Assembly (NCBI GenBank): GCA_009103225.1
Contig: RHPI01002069.1
Coordinates: 1,408,744-1,472,743, forward strand
Source: Chlorokybus atmophyticus
Taxonomy: Eukaryota > Plantae > Mesostigma and Chlorokybus algae
Direction of reading: 5' to 3'
Length of the DNA: 64,000 nucleotides
Below, in pieces: positions 44,033 through 56,700 of this stretch. Each line of letters starts with the position of its first letter. Within the stretch, counting starts at the first letter, position 1. Below the pieces are notes generated by a model that ran no database searches, was not told where the DNA came from, and worked only from the letters and a program-made list of their open reading frames with translations. The position numbers and the translations under genes were made by a program.

Positions 44033-45370
44033 ATGATGGGCGGCCCGGCGGAGCAGAGCAGCGACCTGTACAACTACGCCCGCGCTTCCGCCAAGCGTGT
44101 GGACGAGGACGTCTTGCAGGCGGCGGGCGTGACCTTTGGCCCGGCCTCAGCCGCCGCCCGCAAGGTGCGGCATGTTGTCGTGGTTGTTGGTGGTGGTGGT
44201 ATTGTCGTGGTTGTTATTGTTGGCATGCAGCAGCTGTGAGTCTTTTCTTGTCAAAGGGTGACGCCTGTGAGCTGGAGAGGGTGTTGGATGCCGACGCCTC
44301 AGCCGCCGAGGAGGAGAGCAGCCCCGACGGCTACAGGCCTCTGCATTGGGCGGCATGCTTCGGCGCCACGGACTGCGTCCGCGTGCTGCTGGCAAGGGGC
44401 GCCCAACCTAACTGGCAAGCACAGCACGCATTGTTGACTGTAACGAGCATGCATAAGACCAGTGCGTTTGAGCATGCACATGCATTATCGTGTGCGCACA
44501 GATGTGCACGAGCACCCTTGTGTGTCAGTAGTGGCAACTTGCTCCAATTTATGCGTGCCATGCATAACTGTCCAGCTTAGTCATGTGTAATCAGCCGGAC
44601 AAGCGAAGGTTGGAGTCCCTTAGGCTTGGCTGCCGGGAAAGGCTTCCCAGAGTGTTTGCGGCTGCTGGCTGCTGCAGGTGTGCACACGCATGCACGGAAT
44701 GTAAGACAGATATAACATACGATTGCATGTACTTGCACGGCACTTGCACAGTGGGCGTTAAGCCATCCGCCTACAGTCCAGTTTAGTGCCTGCACATTGC
44801 GCGACAGTCAGGTGCTAGCACAACCGCTGCGGACGAGCGAGGCTGGACACCAGTGCATCGCGCGACCTGGAATGGTCATGTTGCATGCTTGAAGTTGCTG
44901 CTTGAAGAGTACAAGGCGCCAGTGCACCTAACCACACGCCAGGTTCTCCAGTGCTTCATAAACGCATTCGACCTTGCATGTTGTGAGTAGAACACATTAC
45001 AAATATATGCCTCGTTAGGGATGGCAAGCATTGCATCAAGCTGCACGCTTCGGCCTGGTGGAGTGCGCACGGTTGTTGCTTCAGCACAAGGCTGACGTCG
45101 ATGCAAAGGCTTCTGGCCGCCATGGAGTAAACTGGACGCCACTGCATGTTGCAGCAAACAACGGACACACTGAGGTCAGTATTGTCGTGTTGTGATATAA
45201 GCTGTACAACTGTTGTGACATTCCTTTGCTGTTTGCAGATGTGTAGACTGCTTTTGCAATCTGGAGCTGCACCGGAAGCACTGACTAGCGATGGACAGAC
45301 CGCATTGCAAAGGGCACAAGGCAACATGCACAACACCTGTATGATATTGCTGCAGACTTGCACACATTAG
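44033..45370 (+). CDS. Ankyrin-repeat protein (about 5-6 repeats)
   Basis: GYRPLHWAACFGATDCVRVLL, GWSPLGLAAGKGFPECLRLL, GWTPVHRATWNGHVACLKLL, GWQALHQAARFGLVECARLL, WTPLHVAANNGHTEMCRLLLQSGA. Confidence 0.88.
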
Positions 45371-45585
45371 ACGGTCGTGCTTGAGCAACTACCATCAATC
45401 CATGGGCATGCTTTGGTTTGCAATCTGGAGCTGCACCGGAAGCACTGACTGGCGATGGACAGATTGCATTGCAAAGGGCACAAGGCAACATGCACAACTA
45501 CTGTATGAAATTGCTGCAGACTTGCACACATTGAACGGTTGTGCTTAGGCAACTACCATCAACCCATGGGCATGCTTTGGTTTGC
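45254..45585 (+). repeat. 164-bp tandem duplication of the last ankyrin coding segment, stop codon and 3' flank
   Basis: ttgcaatctggagctgcaccggaagcactgact... starts at 45254 and again at 45418; the copies differ by a few substitutions. Confidence 0.92.
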
Positions 45586-45913
45586 TTGCAACATGGTGTC
45601 AAATCGAAGAACACTGATTGATGTTCCACTCAACACCAGTTAGTCGCCAGTGTGCCATTCGCATAGCAGGCAAACAACAACGAATGGCAATAAAGAACTT
45701 ACCATGCTTGTGGCATGCACAGAACATTGCATAAAGTCGCTACTTGAAACCTATCTCACCCTGCGTCACGGTACTGTGTAGTTCAGGGCGAGTAGAAACA
45801 CCACACAAAGCTAATCACTAATATAGGCCTGCCATTTCATCAGGCTTACGTGCATGGATTACCGTATCTGTGCAATGTACATGAAACAATTGTCCTGGAG
45901 AAAGGCAGCATGT

Positions 45914-46863
45914 CTAGAGGTCATATCCCCAGCCAACCTCCAGAGTGGGCTCTGTTTGGAACAACTTGCCAGGGGCTTGATCAAATGCGTCCGCATATCG
46001 GAGGGTGGCAGTCCAGCCGGTCGCATACTCAGATTGGACTCCAATGACAGCATACCTGTCGAGACAATTGTAAATTGATTAATAATAACATGCTGCAAGT
46101 CAACGCAATACTTGAACTGCTGAACTGTTTCACACTGCTGCAAACTCACTTCTGAGGAAGGATTCTGAACTTCTCGTCTGACGGCATTCTGATGCGTGCA
46201 CCAACACCCAAGAATGGCTGCGCATGCCTCCAGTTGGGCTTCCATTTTGTCTGCAATGACATGACCGCCATGTTGATTGATTAAACGGAAATCCTCACCA
46301 CTGTGCACATTGTCATTGGACCATCCAGCTGCACAACAAACAGTGTCAATACATACCTGTGCATAGAGCTCAGGCGTCCAGGTCTTCACGTGTCCGCGCT
46401 GCAGATCGGGCTCTTGCAGATTAATGCGGGCGCCGACGTCCAGCGGCAGGCGCTCGTTGTTGAGATAAAAGTGCCGCAGTGTGGACTCGTAGCCCACATT
46501 GAGCTGGAACTTTGAGGTGGTCCACTTGTCGCCACGCAGGCTCTTATCCAGCTGCCAGCCTGGTATTAAATGCAGGATGAGTGACAGCATGAGCACAACA
46601 ACAGCTGCTTTGCTTGCAAGCTATATTGCAAGAATGACGCCGCACCCTCCTGAAATGACATGTTGGGACATGACCTGTGACACGCCAACAGCACGGCTCA
46701 ACAGCATTGCTCCTGACAATGCTGCAGCGCACGCTCTTTAGACAATGCAACCAGTTTCCACAACACACGCAACCAATGGGCGGGCAATCGCTCGGCATGC
46801 ATCCTCACCTGCAGCAACCGCCAGCTGTGTCGCCTCTCCGACCCGCACCTTGGACAAGTCCAT
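45914..46863 (-). CDS. OEP21: OEP21-like small beta-barrel outer envelope pore protein, 166 aa, 4 exons (46809-46863, 46357-46559, 46150-46250, 45914-46055)
   Basis: The four GT-AG exons total 501 nt in frame. STLRHFYLNNERLPLDVGARIN resembles LIRHFYP...LGVGVRYD of land-plant OEP21, and the C-terminus EVGWGYDL* resembles the OEP21 ...YDL end. Alternating polar/hydrophobic strands, no transit peptide. Confidence 0.65.
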
Positions 46864-47319
46864 GACTACAGCTGAGTAAAAGCAGCAGAAGCTTTCAGTC
46901 AAGGAGAACGAATTCACCGCCGCCGCTGCCGTCAATGACACCAACAATGACACCGACAACGTCAGCCACGGACGTCCAAATCCTGTAGTCGAGAGAAACA
47001 ACTTCACGGAACGGACAAGAGAAGGAATCTGTGAACTAGTAATTTCAAGCTATAATTGCTCACTTGTCAATGCAGTGCAACTGATAAGCATAGGAAACCA
47101 GGGAAAACCAGCTCAGGTTGTGAGGCCTCTACAATCCAGATTGCGGGTCGAGATGTGAGATCCAGTCGTAAACGTCAGCACGATCCGATTAAACGGTCAG
47201 TACTACGCTTGTGCGCGGGGCACACAAGGAGGCGACGAACCCTAACCCTAAGCAGTGGTCCTAGTGCCAGCTGGCAGACATTGCACAGTGTTGTCGCCAC
47301 CGCCTCTGCCACGGTGGCG

Positions 47320-48423
47320 ATGTCTTCCGCGGCGACGGGCGCCGTCAGGCGCTTGCTTGTCTCTGGTGCGCGCTCCTTCCGATCAACCACAGCCAAAGCT
47401 GGCGGCGGAGCACACGGCAATGAGCCGGTAAACTTTGTGCAGCATACTCCGTGGGTAGCGTCAGTAACACCACAATGAATGAATGCGTTACATGGGTGCC
47501 AAAGTACACAATGGCTGTGCTGTAGATTGTACGTTGAGAAAATACATCTCACCAAGCTATAACTCAACAGAATGGAGCATGGAGAAATAATCATGCACAA
47601 CTCTGTTGACACCCATCGTCACCTGGGTGATCCCCAGTCATGGTTGTGTGTGTATGGAAAGTTGTTCTGATAGGTTGCATGCTTATCTGCTCACTTTGGC
47701 TGATGATTTTCATTGCGTATTGCATGGTTTTTGCATATGATATCAAGTACGTCTCCACGGTCAGTAAGAGGTGAGCAGTGCATGCGCAATATACCAAACG
47801 TAAGCAGCCCACTTTGTATCATTGGGGACACTTACATTGGACCCTTGCTATTGAGGCCCATGTAATACATCATCAATGGACGCTCGCACAGTAGCTTTGT
47901 TTGCCACATGATTTACGTGCAGCCTTGACTTCGTCTGATAACATTGATGAGTAGCCTTTGTGACATACCAGGTTCACAACTCTTGCGCATGTCAAGCTAT
48001 TCCTGTAATCCGTTGTACGCTGTGCAGCATGCGTGATAGACAGGGCAATGATCCGCACATGCAGTTGCTATGCGCATGAATTGGCACTAGTGGTGCAAAT
48101 GTTGTGCAGGAGGAGTTTTGAGCATGTCTATGCCATCAAGTGTGCCTTGTGGGCCGTTCTTTTCTGACCATTTTGCTGTGACTTTTGCAGGAGTACTTGC
48201 ATGCTCCACACATGTACTCACTGGACAAGGTATTGCACTTTCCGGAAAACCCCTTGCTGCGTTGTGCGCAGTGGTTGCTTCAGTTATGTGCTAAGACATA
48301 ATGCCTTGTCGCATTATGCAGATGCCGAACAGAAAGTTGAAAATGGCAATTCTGGTGTTCGGAGGAATGGCCACTGGCTTTGGCGTTCCCATTGCCGCTG
48401 TGTACTATCAGCTCCACAAGTGA
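47320..48423 (+). CDS. COX7C: Cytochrome c oxidase subunit 7c (plant-type), 82 aa, 3 exons (47320-47427, 48191-48229, 48322-48423)
   Basis: Mitochondrial presequence MSSAATGAVRRLLVSGARSFRST, then GGGAHGNEPEYLHAPHMYSLDKMPNRKLKMAILVFGGMATGFGVPIAAVYYQLHK* (single TM helix with P...V..Q..K ending). Confidence 0.8.
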
Positions 48424-50434
48424 TGATGCCTTGACTGCACATAATACTAACTAACTCGCGCCACCAGTCAACACCAGGCAGTCACCCCAATCGGATATGC
48501 ATAGTAAAGTTTGGAAGTTCAAGGGGTAGGGTGCATGAGGATGTGGACTACGTCATGGTGATATGCAAATGGTCTATCACCAGCGTGTTGGCTTTCAGAC
48601 GTGTTTGCCTGATGTCTTCCGGTAATGAAACATGCCAGCGCACAAGTTGCGTGGTGTTGTCGCCTTGAAGTTGCTTGTAACTTAGATACATGGCACATGC
48701 ACGCATCTTGCACTGATTGAGCTTTAGGTGTCTCGTAGTGGAGTCTGCTTGCCTTGGTAGGTTGCGAGCATGCACAGCCTCATGATTGCGACGTTTTCTT
48801 AGGATGATGGTGGGATGCAAATTGACTGTTGCAAGCCTTTGGCAATAGTCATTGCCTGCGCAATGGTGTGTTAATTGAATATGATAATCAATGTTTGTAT
48901 GTTATGTTGCGCACAACATTCGATAGACATTGGTTTAAAGGTTAATTACACTACGTGTGATGTGGATCTATGTATGCATGTTGTCAAGTCGTATCAATGT
49001 CTTTGCCTGTGCTGACAATCTCGATAAACATGTTGTGTACAAGCTGCACCAACGATTGTTTTGATGTGCTATATTGTATACATAAGATCACAAGGGTGTG
49101 CTAATGCTAGTGCAATGCCATGCATGCAACAAGCAATCGGGCTGGCCCAAGCCCTCAAGTATGTTGTGCTATGCTATGTGTCAAGTCGACACTCACCGCC
49201 ATCCATGGTGAACCAAGTCCGCACACACATCAGACCCCATAGCCAACCCCACCATGCCCACAACCCCATCATCACCATACATGGCGACGCCACAGTTAGC
49301 TAGTTGCCGTGTGGGCAACTGCCAACTGCGGCCTCCAGGGCTTGAGTTTGAACTTTTAGGGTTGCAACGGCTCTCTGCGTTGACACTCGGACTGTGCGGT
49401 CTCCCCCCCCTTCCCCCCCTCACACCATGTTACATGTTGATGTCAGACATATTGTTTGTGCAGGTTGTTGCCAATTAGCGACATGTGTTATTTTGCAAGT
49501 TTGGGCATCACTTGCATACATAAATCACTTAAGATAAGAATATAGTAATTACATACAGAGCATTTAAGCAAACTTCATCAATTTTGGTCAAAGTTACGTT
49601 TAACTTGTTGTCCATTTGCTATATTTGCTTGCGCAAGCATGCCCAATGTTAACAATTGCAATTCTAAAACTGATGAGTTCAATATTGACTATTCATTCAA
49701 TCTTGATGTTTTAAGTTACAATACTTAACCTCTATAACCATGATTGAGTAATTAGAAATGAATATCAATAAATTACAATTTGCAGCGGTATTACTATACA
49801 AACATCGCATGGTAGGCATATGCAAATTGCGTTGCAGCTAAGCTCTTAAACCATTCAATAGACGGCGGAGGAGAGCGAACTATGGATGGTGAGGCTTAAT
49901 TGCATTATAACATTACAACAGAACATTGCATTATATAATTTGAGCTGCACTATAATGCGCTGCACTAAGTTGCACAACATGTGCATAGTCCTCGCCTCCT
50001 TCATATCAGCCGGACGCTATGCTGCAGAATGCTTTCTTGTTGCGACGCTTACATGCACTCACATCTATATAAAAGGGGCACGTAATGCACTACATGTAGC
50101 GTGGTGGAGGGGGGGCCATATCGCCAATCTTCACACCCATCTTTGATCAGACTGAAGCTGCTCCTACCTGCGCTGCCTATTGTTGTGATCGGTGTACATG
50201 TGAGCAGACTAGAACATCTTGCAATATGTTGCGCGTGCATGTTATTCACATTGTATACCACATATATGTAAGCTTGTGTTAGCTTTCGTCGCTTTAACTT
50301 GCTTCAACAACAACTTCATTATCGTCGAATATGTATTTTGTTGACATGTTGAACGCACACATCACCCACATTGCACATGGTCAAAACTAATCAATAAAAG
50401 CCATCCATATGACATGATGAGAGAACAGGGCATC

Positions 50435-50435
<1 letters not shown>

Positions 50436-50467
<32 letters not shown>
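50436..50467. repeat. (AC)16 microsatellite
   Basis: Directly visible. Confidence 0.95.
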
Positions 50468-50471
<4 letters not shown>

Positions 50472-51065
50472 TGATATGCATGCTATTCCTTGCTCAGTTT
50501 TACTCAAGTTTTGATAATCAGCCTACTTCCCGGCTTGCATGAACATTTTTCGTTTCCTTGTATACTATTTCATAAACGCTTTGCAATTAAAAAACATAGC
50601 AACCCGACTATGTAAGTAAGTGTGTGACAGTGCTTTGTCTGTCAAAGTGCCTCCTTGTCTTGCCTTGTGTGCGTCCGACGGCATGGTGCCACATCCCATG
50701 CATGCCAGCAATGCCATGCATGCTATTGTTGCAACTTTTATGCGCATGCTGTTGAGTCGAGAATCACGTTGTCTCGTGCCGCTGGAAGGAACGACATGCT
50801 CGCTGGACATGCTACTGCAGCATCCTGTAGCATGTTTGGTGGTGTTAGCAAAAGCAAAAAGATAACCCATCTCTTATAACAGCAGGTGCTTCCTAGAGCA
50901 CGTCCGCCGATGTGGAGTGGTGCGGACATGTGGAGCAAATTTCCTCCTTAATATACATGCTGTGATGTAGAACACACAATCAACAAGCCACCCCCCCTGA
51001 GCCTCTGGAGAGGTTTCAGCTCCAGAGCTCAGTGTTTAGTGCGAGTGTGGAGGGCCGTCGGCGCG

Positions 51066-51200
51066 GCAGTCATCACACCAGTACTCCTCCATGGGTACCG
51101 CATCCAATGGGGGCTCCAAACAGCAACAATGCAGGCCCTTATTGCAGCCATCGCAAAGCATCATGAGCGAGTCGTCGTCGGCGCTGCTGCAGCGTTCGCA
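51066..51200 (-). pseudogene. PHD finger at the integrase C-terminus of the Gypsy element
   Basis: CERC...CDGC...HCCC...WCDDC gives the Cys4-His-Cys3 spacing. Confidence 0.88.
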
Positions 51201-51859
51201 ACGCGTGCTGCTGGCGGGGCGAGGGTGTTTGATGCGCCAGAACCCTATGTAAGGGAGGTGACGCGGCGCGCAGTTCACCATGTTGTCCTTCAACCTCTCG
51301 CCGTTCTAGCCGCGGAGTTCCATTACCCCTGTGGGGTACACTATGAGCACCTTGTGGACTGTGCGGCCAACGGAGGTGTCAAGCGTGTCCATGGTGGCCT
51401 CCATGCGGTAGGCGAAGTCTTTTGCTTGAAATTGGCGTTGGCGCTCCTTGTAGAAGCCACTGCGCACGCGCTCAGAGTGTAGCGTGTCGCTGTGCTGCGC
51501 GATGCGCAAGTTGTTGAAGGCCATAGGGACTGTGCGCTCATATAACGCGCGCTTGATAATGTTATGGTGCATCCAGTCGGGGTCGTCGAGGTTGTTCACA
51601 ACGCGATCCACCTCCTGCTGTGCACGGAAAGCAAGAAGCGGCGGTCGCCGAAACAGTAGATAGTACGGGCTGTACTCGCGCAGAGCTGCCTGCTTTGACA
51701 GTCGGTATTCAAGAGCCACCCATGGGAGGTGGTCATCCTAGGTGTTCTTCTCATACTCCAGCACATACTTGCGGAGTGCCTTTTTAATGGTCTGCTCTGT
51801 GCGCTCGGCGAGACCGTCAGCTTTGGGGTGGTCACGCGAGATACGGCGATGGTCGATGT

Positions 51860-53220
51860 CGTCGCAATGTTTTTCCCCTGCCGGCGGACTAAATATCGGC
51901 AACGATCGTGCACCTGAGAATACTCATTTGGACTGTTGTGGCTCAGTCCACCTGTAATCTCGATACAGGGACCTCCGTATAACGGCCGTCCCCAGCCGTT
52001 TGCACAAAGGGACTGACTTGGACGGACAGGTACTGTCAGTTACATACCTGTTAGGCAAAAGGGACTTAACCTAACAAACCGGTACCTGTTAGTTAGGTAC
52101 AGTTAATGTACCGGTGACTGTACACCAACTCAGTGTGACTAACAGGTACCTCATGGTACCTTTTTCCGTACCGACCATTATTGATAGGTACGTGTAAAGG
52201 TATCTGTTAGTACCGTTCAGGTCATAAATAGGTACTCAAATGCGTGACAAGCAAAATGGCGATTGAAATAAAAAAATATAGTATATATTGCAAGTCATAA
52301 AAGCACTACAATGTATACACAATCTGAACCATCTATTGTGAGCTACTACTACCATTACTACTACCCTAATCCAAGGCCTTAATAGAAACCGGCACTCCTG
52401 CACCGCGCTCCACCTCCGCCGTCGCTCCTTATCCACCGCCACTCTTGCACAGCACAAGGCAATTGATCAAGCGCCGTCAACAGCAACATACACAACCTTC
52501 ACACTCGCATACTGTCGCTTACCATACCGCCGCCGCCGCTGCCGCCCAGCGCTCACCTATTCAACACTTCAAGCCAATGAGCATTTTTAAGACTTTGGCT
52601 GCCCAAGTCATTCAAACGCTCAACGGTATAATGGCACCGTCGTACTATTCAAATGGTACGATTATGTCACTATAGCAATGGACGTTTTGTACCATTTATA
52701 ATTGCATTGTACCACCGTCCCGACTTACCGGCATTACTCGCCGACATATAGGGACGGGCGTTGCATAACCGTTGGGTCGCCGCCGCGTTAAATGCACAAC
52801 CGGCGGTCGGCCGTCACTTAATAAACGCGATAAGGTCACCTAATAGGGACTAACGGTGACTGGCTTGCCATAGTAGGCAAGCCGTCGCGCATACTTTTCG
52901 ACGGTCAGGGTACAACCGACGGTCGGCCGTCACTGTATGTGATCAAAACGTGACTTACTTGCTATACAAATAGGTCGCCATCGCGCAAATGGAACGACCA
53001 ACAATCGGCCGTCACCTTAAAGTGCAGTGTTGCCGTCACAGGCAGGCCGCCGTCGATTGTACTTGTCGACCGGTTGCCGTTGGTATATGTTGCTTGGTAG
53101 CAACAGCCGTCCCAAAAAGTCCCTTTATGGACCAATCTGTTACGTCAAGTAGGACCAGGCAGGGTCTGGCACCCGTCAGTCCCTCAGTCCCTTGTCAGTC
53201 ATCGTGTAACATTTGCGACG
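51860..53220. mobile_element. Non-autonomous TIR DNA element, copy A (1361 bp), inserted in the Gypsy integrase core
   Basis: Ends are CGTCGCAATGTT and AACATTTGCGACG, with GT on both flanks (51858-59, 53221-22). Removing the element and one GT restores LLDRCY-IDHRRISRDHPKADGLAER in frame. Confidence 0.88.
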
Positions 53221-55689
53221 GTAGCACCTGTCCAAGAGACTATCGAACTCCCCTCTGAACTCAAGGCCTTGGTCGGCGAAGACCTTTGCGTAGCTGCCGA
53301 ATCGGCTGAGGACATGAGACAGGAAGGCTTGAGCCACCCCCTTACTGCTCTTGTCGGGTAGTGGCACTAGCTCCACCCACTTGGAGAAATGCTCGATCAT
53401 CACCATAAAGTAGCGGTTGCCGCGTGCCGAGGGTGCTAAGTCTTCCAAAGAGTGTCGAGTACCCATCGATAGAAGAGGCCGAAGATGGGAAAAGGGTGTA
53501 ATGCGGCGCTGCGCGTGTTGAGGCTGGCGCGCACCATATCACATTGTTGACAGTGACTTACGAACACCTGCACCTGCTTGTACAACCCATGCCACCAATA
53601 CTGTGCCCTCACAAGGCTAACTGTGCGCTTGACACCGAAGTGTCCAAGCTCAGTGTGGAGGGCGGTGATGATGCCTTCGCGTGTGGCCGGTTTGGGGCTC
53701 TCTTTGTCTTCACCATGGAGGCGACGATACAGCTTGTCATCCGCCCAGCGATAGTTTTGGGTGCGTTGGTTGACGCGGTCCTTCTCACGCGCACTCATAC
53801 CAGAGGGAAGCTGACCACTTTGAAAGAAGGAGAGGGATGGCTTGTTCAGCCATATGTCATGTCTGGTGTCGGTGGGTGCTATCTTTGTGTCATCGACCTT
53901 AATGTCGCCACCGCGAGTGGTCCCTGCGGGTGTGGTAGTTGCGGAGCCGGTGGACTCAAGAGCACGTACCTCTTCAGTTGTTGCTGCGGCACCGGCGACG
54001 GTCGTGCGCCCTGAGCGCAACGCGGCAACAGCAAACATGGCAGCCACGGTCGGAGCTGATGATGCAGAGCCGAGCTCATGCCGAGCTTTTGTTGCAACGT
54101 TAATGCTCGGGTGGGGTTTACGAATATATCTATCGACCTTGGTTGGTGAGGCCAGCGCGGTGGTCAATTCCAAAGTCGTACTCCTGCAATAGCAGGGCTC
54201 AACAGGCAAGTTTTCCTGTTCAATGTTGGTTGATCATCAACCACTTGAGTGGCTGATAATCAGTGGTCAACTGAAACTGTCGGCCCAAGAGGAAGTGTCG
54301 GAAGAAGGAGATAGCTCACACTGCAGCTAGACACTCTCCCTCATAGCTGCTGTAGTTGGCCTCGGCACTGATGTTGCTTCGACTAGCGTTCGACACCACC
54401 CGCTCTTTTTTGTTCTCATCGTGCTGCACCAGCACGGCTCCCATCCCGAGCTTGCTCCAGTCGATGTGAAGGATGAAAGGCTTGGTGTAGTTAGGGCATT
54501 GAAAGATGGGTGCTGTGGTGAGCCTGCTTTTCAGCTCCTTGAAGGCCTGCTGTTACGGCTTACTCCTTCTTTCTTCAGTAGCTCGTTGAGGGGTCGCGCT
54601 ATTTTTGCAAAGTCTTTCACGAACCGGCGATAGTAGTTGGCAAGGCCCAAGAAGGCGCGCAGGCGCGTAAAATCCGTTGAAGCAAGGATAGCTGCCAGGG
54701 CCTCCACCTTTGCCTGCTGTACGTACACACCGTGGGGCACAATCATGTGTCCCAAGTAGGGTACCTTGTGAGTGAAGAAGGTGCACTTGTCTGGGTGCAC
54801 AGTCATCCCCACTCCCTTGAGCCTCTCCAGCACCTCCTCGATGTGCTGTAGGTGCTTTTTGTTGCTGCTGAAGATGAGGATGTCATCGATGTAGCACCAC
54901 GCGAAGTTCAACCCCTTAAGACTTTGTCCATCACGCGCTGGAACTTGGCGGGGGCATTCTTCATCCCGAACGGCATCATCTTCCACTGGTACAACTGTCG
55001 GTCGCCCCAAAAGGAGGTCTTGTGCTCGTCCTCGTTGTTGATGGCTATTTGGTTGTACCCTTGGCGCATGTCGAGGATGCTGAAGATTGTGCAATATCCA
55101 ACATTGTCAAAGATGCCCTCTGCTATGGGCATTAGGTACCTGTCTTGTTTGATCTTGTTGTTGAGGGGACGATAGTCGCCGCACATGCGCTGTTCTGTCC
55201 AATTGCCTGCCGGATCTTTCTTCAGTGGCAGATGGTTGCGGCTGCAAAGTCCGATGTGGACTCCTCAATGAGGCCTGCGTCCAGCAGCGCCTTACATCTC
55301 TGTTCCATCAGATCCTCCTCTAGCTTGGAGAGCCTATATTGCCGTCGAAACACCGGCTCGGTGTCCATTAGCTCGATGTCCATCTGTACACTGAACATTT
55401 TATCCAGCTCCTTTACGATGAAGTTGAATTGGCTCCGCCACTTATTGAGGAGAGCCTTCAGCTTCTCTCGTGTGTCCTTCGTGGCAAGAGGGCCAATGGC
55501 GTGTACCCAAGAAGTTGCGTTGGCAACTTCGAGGATGAATTCCACTGTCACTGCTAGCAGTAACAGTGGAAGGAGGAGCAAGTAGTATTTGCTCATCCAT
55601 GTGAGCCACCTCGAGGGCTGTGTAAGCTGCCGTGGTGTCTGCAACGCGATCAGTCCACCCCCCAGCCAGATGTTCGAGATGTTTAATGG

Positions 55690-56700
55690 ACACATGGCGG
55701 GCCTGCAACGCAAAGCTCAGCTCTAGCAGCCAGACCATGCTGTTTTGATCTATGGCCGAAAAGATGACATTGCTGACTGTCTGTCAGCGGGGACCCTATG
55801 ATACTGATGGGAAACAACCCCATGATGCGTTTGCGCTCACGTGCGTTGGGTTCTTCCAGCTTGCCCGTTGTGGTGTCGAACACTATGCCATTGCCTTCAT
55901 TGCGGAAGGCATGGAACCCTGGGTAGGACACCGAAGCTGTAAGTGCGCGGCGCGGTTGGCCAGGTTGGTTGCATTGATGGAAGTGGCTGTGGTGGTCAAG
56001 ATGTGTGACAGCTTGAGCTCTACCGTCGGGGTCGAGGATGTCATCGACCAAGAGGTTGCGTGGCCATGTCACATACGGTACTCCGCGTACGGTACTCCGC
56101 GTGAAATCTGCTGTCATCAGCTCTTCTGTGGTGGCCAAATTTGACCACTTGGCGCGGACGCAATGTGCACGGGAACCATGGCGCGCTGCGTTCACTTTGA
56201 GTGGATGCCCAAGGATGGAGCACACCTGCCGGTAGGTGGAGGCTACATGCGGACGCTGATCGTCCGCTAAGTGCACGTTCTCGATGACGCACCCTAGTGG
56301 CCTGGAGATCTGGTGTTGTTTGAGGAGGTGGATGACTCTCATCAACTCCCATAACAAACCTAAGGGAGGGTTGTCAAGGCCTTGGCCTTTTCCTGTCTTG
56401 GAGTGTCCTAGGCACTCCCATCCAGCTATCAACAAGTCAATGTTGCCAAGGGATAGCAAGTGGTCCTCTGTGATCAATCTGATGTCTTGTGGCAATGCTT
56501 TGAGGTTGCCTTACAGTGCCGACGAGAGGGCAATTGCTATGGATAGCGCTCGTGCAGCTGGCGCCGATGATGCTTAATGGCTGTTTGAGTGCGCGGGTCA
56601 GGGTTGCAATAACAATACTTGGTGACTTTAACACCTGTATTGAGGACTGCAACGAGACCACTGCCGAAGCCTCCGAACAGTTCAACACCGTGACGCCTTG
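55690..56700 (-). pseudogene. C5 DNA-cytosine methyltransferase domain within the Gypsy pol region (disrupted)
   Basis: Motif I VELFGGFGSGL, motif IV-like IDLLIAGWECLGHS, motif VI VIENV, motif VIII-like SRAHCVRAKWSNL, and C-terminal EEPNARERKRIMG. Frameshifts near 56690 and 56520, with premature TAG/TAA codons. Confidence 0.85.

Noticed and set aside
48500-50900. Non-coding region with C-runs and AT-rich blocks, possibly the rest of the 3' LTR and other repeats
   Set aside because: No matching LTR copy or inverted repeat was found in the window to define boundaries.
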